A stretch of DNA of 63,946 bases, filler included, from Lenisia limosa (Eukaryota; Protista; Breviatea): NCBI GenBank assembly GCA_001655205.1. It is 10 parts of 10 records of this genome, joined end to end, with 100 filler letters (N's around TTAATTAATTAA, not from the genome) between each part and the next. Parts side by side here need not be neighbours in the genome. Positions count along the whole stretch, not along the records: positions 33,802 to 37,580 come from LPNZ01005926.1; positions 37,681 to 39,807 come from LPNZ01001189.1; positions 39,908 to 44,208 come from LPNZ01002242.1; positions 44,309 to 57,613 come from LPNZ01000503.1; 6 more parts are not named here. The stretch is one strand, 5' to 3'. Of this stretch, positions 36,801 to 47,900 are shown in pieces (position 1 is the stretch's first letter; each line of letters begins with the position of its first letter). The notes under the pieces were generated by a model that ran no database searches, was not told where the DNA came from, and saw nothing but the letters and a program-made list of their open reading frames with translations. Both the position numbers and the translations under genes were made by a program.

Positions 36801-37437
36801 NNNNNNNNNNNNNGAGAAAGAGAAATATATGTATGATATATATATATTACATATGCAATGTACATTAGAAATCTAGGGAAACAAATAAATACATAGGGAT
36901 ACCATAAACAAATTACCAGAATCGCCCGCCCGAAACACCCTAGGTGCTCGGAGAACCCAGCCAGCAGCTGGGCGAGAGTGATATGATAGGGGCCTTCATC
37001 AATAACAGAACGCCCCATAAATTGGCCTGGGATTTGTTTATTTTGTTGTTATCAACCCTCGTGTGTTGTCAGCCAACAGAGTTGATTTTGGGCTCTTTTG
37101 TTTCATAAATTTCCAATTTTACTCCATCTTACCAATGTAGTTGGAAGGCAACCCTCCGGCTGACACGAACCACTCAGCGGTCACATCTGGTCCCAAGGAA
37201 GGTTGGGAGGGAGGGGGAGTAAAACGAAGGCAATTTCAACGAAGAATATTGGCGTAAAGGTACTAAACACGGACCGAATAATATGAGGGCAATGTGTTTA
37301 TTCTCAACCCTCTTGTGTTTTTATTTTAAAAATTTTTGTTTTTTGTTTTTTGTTTCATAAATTCCAATTTTACTCCCTCAGGCGGCTTTCCCACAGTGGC
37401 GCACTACTTCGGCCTCGGCATCTTTGATAAGGTGTGA
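33835..37437 (+). CDS. VPS11: Vacuolar protein sorting 11 (CORVET/HOPS), C-terminal half; 5' part missing
   Basis: ALSLCRQYDFQKGVVLLLNKLKM; LWLSVLTFLAQRED; TLSVVKDYLSRYM; EQLRAETETMRAEV; KVFQNQKCSLCKDALDLPATHFL|CGHHYHQRCLGDDERECLAC (RING-H2); GGFPTVAHYFGLGIFDKV* (Vps11 C-terminal motif). Confidence 0.9.
34931..35030. mobile_element. 100-bp hAT-type MITE copy in a VPS11 intron
   Basis: GCTTCGCTTCGGTTCGAAAAAGAC...GTCTTTTTTCGAACCGAAGTGAAGC, a near-perfect ~24-bp inverted repeat. Confidence 0.85.
37045..37378. repeat. Second dispersed repeat family (family B)
   Basis: 37045-37100 matches the reverse complement of 22195-22250 and of 18780-18806. 37205-37266 matches 16200-16262. A partial internal repeat lies at 37300-37378. 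Confidence 0.7.
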
Positions 37438-38308
37438 GGGGAGTGTATCAATCTAATTTGATTGTAATAATATCGCATTATAATGTTGCACAGTATTTTT
37501 TTCGGAGGCACGCAGAAAGCTGTGTGCAGAGTTGTAAGGCAAATGATTGGGTGAATTAATATTATACTATAATCCAATATNNNNNNNNNNNNNNNNNNNN
37601 NNNNNNNNNNNNNNNNNNNNNNNNTTAATTAATTAANNNNNNNNNNNNNNNNNNNNNNNNNNNNNNNNNNNNNNNNNNNNCCCCCCCCCTCCTCCATCAA
37701 AAGGACCACCTAAAAATGCCTATCACTGAAAGATGCATTTTTAATAATTGGGTGAATCTTAAGGAGACTTTTGCCTTGTTGTTATCCTTTCCCCTCGTGT
37801 TTGAACCCAATCCCCCTGGTTTACTGATAAGAATAAAATGATTCTGAAGCGTTGTAGGGCTCCGTGCATTTAATTGGAAAAAAGTTGTGTAAACTCAATT
37901 TAAGACACCTTAATTTCCAATTTGTCAATTAATTTCTTCAAATAATTATTTGCACGAAAAAATATGATATCGATATTTTCGACTTTGAATACATCCATGC
38001 ATTGTAAGAGGGCCCATCAAACTACGATTCAGATAATAAAAGGGACCCGGGAGGTAAAATGGGAATTTATCCAAAACGGACAACTCTACTAAAACAAAGC
38101 AGAGGTCGAGAAAACCTATAGCGTGAGAAAGTAATCCTACAGAAAACCAGAAAAAGATGAGAATTTCAGGAGTGATGCATTACTCCCCGCCTCCCACTAT
38201 TTTCCTCTCCTTCTGGTGCCATCCTTGGCTGTAAACAAGTGCAAATGCAGAAACAAACTAGGGGAGTGAGAAATGTGGTCAATGACGATGTGCCACTTCA
38301 AAAACATC

Positions 38309-38410
38309 TAAAGAGCTTCACTTTCGTTTCCAAAAGACATAACTGGTCCATATTACAGAGAATTTATTAACATCTGACTTATTTGGAGTTGCGGAAGTGA
38401 AACGCCAGTA
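38309..38410. mobile_element. Highly degenerate MITE copy
   Basis: GAGCTTCACTTTCGTTTCCAAAAGAC...GCGGAAGTGAAACGCC, ~100 bp. Confidence 0.5.
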
Positions 38411-39907
38411 TCAAAAACAAAGAAAAAGGCATCGAAATCCCCCTACCATTCCTGCATGTGTTCTTCTTTCTCCTCCTCTTCTTCTTCTCAGAATCTCAGA
38501 CACAGGCTGGGGCTAAACAAGTGCAAATGCAGAAACAACCTCCAAAGCTAATATGGGTCAGAGAAAGCGTTGTGAAGTAATGAGACATAAAGAGCTGTGG
38601 AGTAATGCGACATGTCAAGGGGATTTAAGGGGATTTGGCCGAATCCATCCAAACCATCGCCGCACCGTCTTCTTCTTCTTCTTCTTCTTCCTGAATCTCA
38701 GACCAAAAAGTGACCAAGTGCTAGAAGGTGAACAGTTGGAGGAGAATGTTTCATGCATTCATTGGTATTGATCGAAATACCCCAAGAATATATTGAGAAT
38801 ATAACCACATACAATTGTATACTGCACAACATAGTATTTGATTGAGAAGTTACAAGAAACGGAAATTTACAAAACGGAAGGGGTAGCTGAAAAGAACAGG
38901 GCAAAGGCAGATGGTTATTTGAAAAAGTTTTCAGATATGAAGAGACGAGACAGACTAAGAAGGAAGAAAATGAAATGAAGAGACCAGGCAGACAATAGAA
39001 GGAAGAAAACACCACACTCCACAAATAATCGATATAACTTTATTTAATACTACATAATGTATGTACAAACTTTCCAAAAGACCTGGGTGCACCACTCACG
39101 TGACTTCAAGGCTAAACAAGTGCAAAAGCAAAAAAATCATCCGGCGCCGTACCACCTAAACATGCGTTACTTTGGTCAGGAAAAAAAGGGGGATTTCTGG
39201 ATAAGTCCCCGATAAATAGACAATACTATTTTAAATATGAAGAGATTGACCCAATAAATGGCAGTACTATTTCCAAATCCCACCAACACTGTGAAAGAAA
39301 ATTCACTGAGGCTGCAAACAAGCCCAAAAGGGAAAACATCAACCTGAGGCGAGGCCTTAGGGCAAAGACTAAGTTGGTGGCGATCTATTGGATGAGGTTC
39401 TTCAGAAGCAGATGCAGGGATGAATTAAATATTTTGAAAATTGATCTTCGAAATCCATTGTGTAATTCATTCTAATATACCGATATATGATATGAGATAT
39501 CATTTTCAATCTAATAATATTATTCCAAAGAAAGCTCCTCTTACCGAAGATGTTGGAACGCATAACTGTAGCCAGCGAGAGTGAAATATATAACAAATAA
39601 ACAAGGGTCAAACCAAAAGAGCCATCTTTGACATTACAAAAAAAAAATAGTAACATACCAATAGACAAGGGTAGCAACCAAAACAATCTTCCTTCGTCTT
39701 TAAAAATTTTTGAAAATACAAACCACAAACAAGGACAACAGCCAAAACATTCTACCCAACAAGTTATTATAAGAGAAAACAATACAGACAAGGGTAAAAC
39801 CAAAACTNNNNNNNNNNNNNNNNNNNNNNNNNNNNNNNNNNNNNNNNNNNNTTAATTAATTAANNNNNNNNNNNNNNNNNNNNNNNNNNNNNNNNNNNNN
39901 NNNNNNN

Positions 39908-40345
39908 GCCAAGCTTCTTCAAGAAGTGGAGGCCGCTGAGGCTGAGAGGCGTCGTCAACTCGAAGAGGCCACTAGTGCAGGTGTGTGGTTGGAGTTAACT
40001 TTTTGCTGTTGTTTAGCTCCACTCTAATGGTATAGACGTTCAAGGTGAAAATCGCCAAAAGCAAAAGAAGAAACCTCATGGTTTGTTGTATTTTCCTATT
40101 ATTTCCCGCTTGATGCTTTCCTGCATTACCTGTTTGGTCTATTCTTACACACCTAACAAGAGCCCACAGGATTCACCCAGCTGCTGTCGATAAGCCTCGG
40201 CGAGGTATGTTGGCATTATTATTCTTGTTGAGATTTAACCTTTTACTTTTCCGTATCACATGTTAATTAATAGCACAATTTTCCTGTCATATTCCGCGTG
40301 TTTTCTTTGAAAATCCTCACTTCTTTAGGAAAAAAGAAGTCTCGT
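39908..40345 (+). CDS. 3' exons of an unidentified gene (charged, coiled-coil-like)
   Basis: AKLLQEVEAAEAERRRQLEEATSA| and DVQGENRQKQKKKPH| bounded by GT-AG. Confidence 0.35.
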
Positions 40346-43300
40346 TAGTATGGTTAACTATTTGTCATTTTTTTTGTTGTATTTGTTAATGAGTCTTGTT
40401 TATCTGTACATGTATATTTTGAAAAGAGTTTTGATTTACATTTTTGGCCTGAGAGTTTTGTTGGATATTGTGTATGCCTATTGATGACAATCTAAATTAG
40501 CAATTACCTCCACTCTTTTTTTTATTTTCCCAAAAAAAAATATTGTCGAGGTCCCCCCCCCTGTCGAGGTTTTCCACCCCTGTCGGGGTTTTCACCCCCA
40601 CCTATGACATATTTTGACTCATTGTTCCCCATTAGTTTTTGAAAATAGTCATATTTTGCGTTGTTCAGACACAGAGAAGAAAATGGCAGCCTTTCAGCTG
40701 CACAAATAGCAGAAAGGAATGCTCATAAACACCAATTTTTCATAAATAATCGACACACAAAAACGTGCAAAAAACACTTCAATTCATTCTAAATGATTCT
40801 TCATTAACAACAGCCTCAGTGATACTCTAATACACACCTTCGTGTCTATTATTGATATTAATATGGATCAACATTAAATCTCAGTTAGTGATAATATCGA
40901 AATATTTGCCTAACCGCCCTTACATACAGTGACTCTGATCTTAGCGTGTTGGAAGAGTCGGCCTTTATAGTCAACTTTTGAACAAGATAGAACTTTGTTC
41001 GTTGTTAATTTAGAGAAATGTGATAGGTGTTTAGGTTTTGGGCCTAAGGGTGAATTCGGTGAATTCATGGGAAAACCCCCAAAATTGGCCTAGGAATTAA
41101 ATGCACTACTCTATCTATTATATCGTTATATTATTTGACAAGGGCTTCTCTACGGTACGTCATGAAAAATTTCATACTTCTCGAAGATCATATATATATG
41201 TCTCAATACAATAAAAAAAGCGGAGGGGCGGGGGGGGGGGNNNNNNNNNNNNNNNNNNNNNNNNNNNNNNNNNNNNNNNNNNNNNNNNNNNNNNNNNNAG
41301 CGTGAGCCTCAAACTTGGGCCTGTTTCTCTCCAGGATCATAAGAAACAGCTCTGCTTTATCAACGTTCTTCATGTTTGCGCATGTTTCATATTGTTCATA
41401 TTTTTCTCTGCGATCTTTCTGCTTCGCAAACGTGTCCTCTACCTCCATTAACTCGGCATTCAGCCTTTTGAATTCAATATAAAATGGGTTATGTATTGTG
41501 AGCTGAGTAGTGGTAGAGAGAGGTTTATTCAAGTTTATTGGATTATACATGTATGTAGTATACATGTTTCTGATTTGCAGAATTATATATGATAATGTGA
41601 AACTGAAACAACACTGGACAACTAATATTTCACAAACCGAATGGTTATCAGCATCCTCCTTCGCCTCATTGAAGGCTTCGAATGAAAGAGACTCTACTCT
41701 GTCAACTTGTCACATCACCGATCTTCATCGGACACCTCCTTCATGTACTATGTCTAAAAGGTTGGAGTTAGTGCTTTTTAAACGAAACAATAAATAAAAT
41801 CAAAACAATACATAGGGTCTATTAAAATTATCATATTTCTGCGTTATAGCCCCTCTTCTGTATGTTCTTCACATTTACCATCCCAATGACTGCAATAGGT
41901 CCACTTTTCTGAGCCGTTAGAGCCTACTAATGAAGACGGGGAGGCGACGTTGAAAATCGCCTTCTCAAAACAGGCGTGGGAATAGGGTTATTTGGACAGT
42001 TGGTTGGGTGTTGGTCAATGGTGTTAGGATGAGATTCTGTCGATGCTGGAAACTAGGGCATAATTGGTAAATAATCGTACATTATCGAGAAATTCAGTCA
42101 TTGTCTGAGGGGATTATTGTGATGGTGAATTCTTGATAATTCTTCGTTGCGTCTGATGATTTCAATACTTTTTGAATAACTTTAGAATGAGTCTCTTTTT
42201 ATTTTAACAATTTCTAAGTAATATAGTTATTGTCTATCAGCAATAGTCCCTTTTCAGAGTTTACACCTTTCTTCTATATGTCTTTAACAGATTTTTTAAC
42301 TTTAAGTCGATGAGACCTTTTCAGAGTTTTTAACTTTCTTCTATTTGTCTCACATTTTCAAAGTTTTTTTTAGCGTGCTTCATTTTCCCAGAATTTAAAC
42401 CTGTCTTTTTAATAGAGTAACTTTTCCAGGGTTTTAAACTCGTTTGGATTGGAGCCATCCTCGTGGGTGGCGCTACTTCAATTGCCCCCTGTTGTAGTGG
42501 GTGGATTTCTTATTTGTTATTTCTTGTTATTATTATATATATCATTTGTTTTTTTGTATATTTATTAATATACTTTTTATTTTTTATTTTTTGAGATGAT
42601 TATTATTATTGTTGTTGTTATTTTGATTATTTTTTATTTCTATTTCTATTTTTATTCTTTTTTATTCTTATTGATGAATAATTTCAAGGGATTTTAGGTT
42701 GTCTCGGATCGAATTTCTTAGCTCAGTTATCGATACTCTACGAAAATAATCAAACAATCGATGAGTAATGTCAGCGCCCCTGAATCTAGTTCCTGTTCAA
42801 CTATGGAAGGTGAAGATAAGTAATCAGAAATGGGAGTTATAGATAACAGTATTTGTTCTTAATCTTTTGATAAAGAAAACGGCGAATTTGTTCACGAGAG
42901 CCCATGGAAACGGCAGATCAATGGAGCCCAATTAATAGAGATGCACTGCTCTTTGGTCTTATTTAGAGACACTTCACAGCGCTGGATACAATATGGCATC
43001 AGTTCAATCAGGCGCTTTGAACAATCTTCCCTGATCAAATCATTTTCAAATGTATTCACAAATCGCAATCCTCTGCTTCATCCTCTCCCTATGTACGGAA
43101 CTTCCCTTTTTCTCTGCTATGTTGTCCTTTACCCTACCCCACAATTCCAGTATCACATCCTCCAACGTCTCCATCTCACACGCCTTACTGTCCTTCACAA
43201 AGGTGTTGTGCTTAGGCAGGAATTCTGCCGCTCTATAACTTTACCGGCACCAGCGGTATAATATCGAACTCCATAGGCCTTCCATTTGCGGAGCAGATAT

Positions 43301-44912
43301 TGAAGAGCAAATCTGGTTACATCAAAAAAGGAACCTTCGTATACTCTGCAGATGCCTGCACTCATGAAACTGCAGATCTTTGACAGGATTACAGAATTGG
43401 AGTGCCAATCTTTCACAACATGCACATTGCCTGAGATTCTAAGTCGGAGGGGGGGGGGGCAAAGGGATACGTAATAATACTAATAATATTTTTAAAATAG
43501 ATCAGTGTTTTATACCAAAATGGTTACTTGGAATTTCACCCCAAATGGCACAGATTTACACACATGAGCCCTATTTTATAGCTGACGAAGCAACATTATG
43601 ACAAGTATTTGATCAATTTTGTTAATATTTCAGTTTTGCTCACCTTCCATAGTTTTCTTGGTATCCAGTTGTTAGAATTGCCTCAAGTTTTCACAAATTC
43701 TACATCTAATAGACGGCAACTGGTGAAAAAGAAGATTTTAGTCTTTGAAAGGAGTAAGTCTTCTTCCTGTAAACAACGACTTGTCGGCATTTAATGAGTT
43801 TTTACGACATAATTTATAACGCTTCATTCCTCCATACCCGGAGGGGTGGTCATGCCCCTGGAATAAGAGCTTAGTTGCGAATGAGGGTTTTTTGAGCTTT
43901 GGGTGTTGAAGTAGTGAGGTGAACAATCACTCTTTGGAATCCGATAAGAGTATAACAATAAAATGTCTGATTGGTAATAAAGTCTACCCACAAACACAAA
44001 CGAGCATATGCCCCAAAGCCTTCCAGTTCAAGTAAATCGTCTCGAAGCATCTCGATGTGGCGATAATGATATTCTTGGTACCTGGATGTGAATATAATGA
44101 CAGAATAACAAACTCCTGATCACTGTGGAAGACGATGTCGACCGCACCCCCTTCTGTCACCTCACCACCATCATCATCCTTCAGGTGATCAAGGTCAATG
44201 ATCTCATCNNNNNNNNNNNNNNNNNNNNNNNNNNNNNNNNNNNNNNNNNNNNTTAATTAATTAANNNNNNNNNNNNNNNNNNNNNNNNNNNNNNNNNNNN
44301 NNNNNNNNATAAATATATGTAGATATCTGATGTGTGTTTACTTTTAACAGATAGTGGTAATAAACAACAAAAATAAAGAAAATACTCGAACCAATAATGA
44401 TTATAGAACTGACTTTGCTTGTCGGCGTGGAAATATTCACCACGGAAGAAGGAAGCGTTGTATTAACACCAAAAGCCCAATCCAGTCCCTAGAGAAGTTA
44501 GAAGACTACTTGAACACCAGATTATCGAACCAGGGCTTGGCGATCTTTCACCTCGAAAGGCTCTCCCATTTTCCTGAAAATGGAGCTGAATCCGACTTTA
44601 ATCAACAAATATTGATTTGGTCTGACAGGGAAGCTTCAGAAAAATCAGAATTGGTTCCGTTGCGGTTTCCTTGGATAGTTCCCTTCCAATTTCAATTAAT
44701 AAATGAAGCTAATCAGAAGCTAATTACTAATTACTATTCTGGTTGTGGGGTTGTGGGTCTTCTGGTTCGTTCCGCAGTTCCGCATTCAAAGTACTGCGCG
44801 CCTGCGCGCGCTTGCGCCCTTCAAATATCCCTTGGAAAACACGTCTGATATTGAGGAAATATTGATTGTTGCGTGAATATTATTGCACAATAGTTTCTAT
44901 AATTGCGAAGAA

Positions 44913-47900
44913 ATGAACTACAGCGGAGACACGGGGAATGCCCGAGGGTATCCAGCTGGCCCCCAAGAACCTCAACCGCAAGGACACATTCAGATGCCAT
45001 ATAATCGCCCAAATCCGGACACAAGATACAATAACAACCTTCCACCCCTCGCTGCGGTCTCACCTGCTGTCTCTCCGTCCCCTCACCCCTCAATCATTGT
45101 GGTGGGCCAATGGAATCCGCTATAAATGCTTGCAAATGGAACTAAAAATGGCTTTGGCAATGGCTTTTTTTTTACTGACAATTATGATTTTTACTTCGCA
45201 TTGCATTTATGATTTAAATATTTTTTTTTACAATGAGCAAAACATTCGTTTTTATGGTATAGGAGTCCCAAACCGCATCTTCCACAATGCCAATTGGTAT
45301 AGGTAAAAAGCTGGGAGGTCCTGGAGTTGCACCACTAGTTCTGGGTATGAGGTAATGGAAATGTCAAACAGAAGCATTATGGACAAACGTCTTGTTGAAC
45401 TGTTTTTGCTTTTGCTTCTTTCACTATATTCCTTTCTCTCGTCTTTTTATATTCTTCCAGCACGCATTAGACCCGCTGATTCAAGAGCTCTTCTACCAGA
45501 TTTCAACATGATAACACGAAGTGGGGTGGGGGCTTGTCATTTAGTTCTATACCTTTCTCCTAACTCTTAACTGATTTATTAGGCAACACGGTTTCTCTCT
45601 ATCCGGATAATACTTCGTCAACGTGGGTGATTCAGGAATTCTAATGGAAATTTTTAAATTACATGTGGTGCTAATTTGAATAGGCCAGAGTTGGACATTG
45701 AGTTTGACCATGTGGCAGGCCAAAATGACACAACCACAAGTCTCTTTACAAAGTATGTCAGGGTAGACAGTTCAATTCGTTGTGCTTTTTGAAAGGATCT
45801 GCACTGACAGAGCAGTAAACTAGACGCAATGGTAACAGCGGGTGTAAGTCGTGCAGAGGACGTGATGATTATTGTGACCGGCGGTGCAGGAGCCGGTCGG
45901 ACCCACACAGTTCATGGAAGTGGCGGAGCTGATGGAGGAGGTATGCCTTTGTAGCAATTTGTGTGAATTATTTATACAATTATAAGTATTCCACGTAACT
46001 CCCAGTTGATGAATCTTGCCTTTTTTTACTTCTAAGGAGTTTTGTCGTTATCAGTTGACACCGCTCTGGCAACTGCACGAACCCTTGGCGTGAGGGGGGA
46101 GGGGGGTATTCTTGGGTTATTTAGATTTAATGTTCGACACTGTTTCTTATTGCTTCCAGTTTCCCTTCAGTTCAAGATGCGGATATCTGGAAGTCTTTGA
46201 AGAAGGAATTCGTGATTTGACCACTGCTTCAAGTGCACTACCTTCGGTTGTGGTATGCTCTCTTCAGTTGAGGTTGAGTGATTACTTGTTCTTTCTATAT
46301 TTTTCTGGCTTTTATTTCTTCCACAGGATACTCCGGATGCTGGGGTACATGTAAGCGGTCAAAGCTTACATAAAGTGGGCTCACATGATGATGTCAGCAA
46401 TATTGTAGCAACCGTATGATGGGAAGGGAATATTAGTTGTTTATTGATTGCATGAGAAGGCACTAGTGGATATAACTAAAATAGGGGCTTCAACGAAGAA
46501 CAGCAATGGCAGGAGGTTCTCTTGGTGATCGTGCATGGTTGGTGTTTACACTAGAAATCTTGTCAAGGCGACCCGAGGGCGATGTAAGCTCAGGGATAAT
46601 TATATATTTGATCAATATGATTGACCTATTTCAGCATTTATCCCGAGTGACTATTGCGGAGACTGCTGCTGTGGATCCATTGGCTGGCGAGGAAGCTGAT
46701 ATCCGCGAACGGTCTCTCATGGCAATGTACAAAAGTCTCTTCGCATTTAAAAGTGTTGTGGTATGTTGGCTGCACAACTATCTAAAGATTGTTATCTTAA
46801 CACTATAGCGCGGCTTAGCAGACCCAAAAGACGCCCCTTTCGTGCGTCACGATGATAGCCAGGCGACTAAGTTACTGAGGGAGGGCCTTGGCCGTTCAGC
46901 CCACCTTGCTGTTGTAGCTTGTTTACGTGGGGGAGGGGGGGGTCTTCAAAGTAATGAACAACGACATATTGTTTATATTTTTACTTTCCTATAGAGCCAA
47001 CTGACTTTCATCAATGCTACTCTACACTTACTCTGGTTGATTGGTTCAAGCGAGTGAGAAACTGCCCTATTCCTGGAACCCCTTCTTCCAGACTTCTTTT
47101 GTCGCAGCTAAAGGTGAGAAAACCATCGTACAACTCCCTCATATATTAGTCTCGAATCGAAAACGCCAAATCCCTTGGGGGTTCAGGAGATACATCAAAA
47201 GCCGTCGATGAAGCTCAGAGAAGAATCCAACGTGAGGAGGCAGTTTTGTTTTATTATTCTTACAAATCAGAACTGGAAGGTCAGGTTATGAAGGAAAGAA
47301 TGGACCGGTTGAAAGTTCAGGTTGGTAAAAGGGGGGTAGTTTGCTCAGATTGGAAGTTGTAGAGGTATATTAGTATCATATTTTTGTATTCGTTATAGTT
47401 TCTTCGCCAATTTTGTTGACCTATTAGGAAGAAAAAGAGGTTGTTCTTACACGGATGAATAATATCCGTTCGGATCTCAAAGAAAGTGCAAATACCAAAG
47501 AAAAGGTTGGTGAGTTGTATATGATATGCGTATACTTTATTACCTTTCTTTTCGCGACAATTGATAATTACAGGCTACCGAGGATCTTCTCACTGCTGAA
47601 GAAGACCGTCTGAGAGTGGGTCCTCAATGTGTATGTGAACTCACCACACTAGCTTTCCAAGGCCTTGGTTGATGCCGAATTGAAAGTTAATGAGGCAGAG
47701 GAGAAAATGGCTCAACTTAAATTTGAGGTACTTGGCGCTGTTCAGCTCACAAGCCATCCATTTTTTATTATTATTTCAGCTTGAAAACAAAGTTCTTTCG
47801 ACAGAGAACCAGAGCATTGAGCAAGAACTCAGATATAAGGTATAGAAAAAGGATTTTCTGGTTTAAGAACCGATAATTTACACATATTAGGGCTCTGAGC

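Noticed and set aside
36383-37018. Long ORFs in the track (161 aa, 207 aa)
   Set aside because: Mostly N-run translated as X; they lie within VPS11 introns or gaps.
16892-38410. Palindromic repeats as a possible CRISPR or REP-like array
   Set aside because: Copies are dispersed over different scaffolds with no regular spacers, the context is eukaryotic, and TSDs indicate a MITE.
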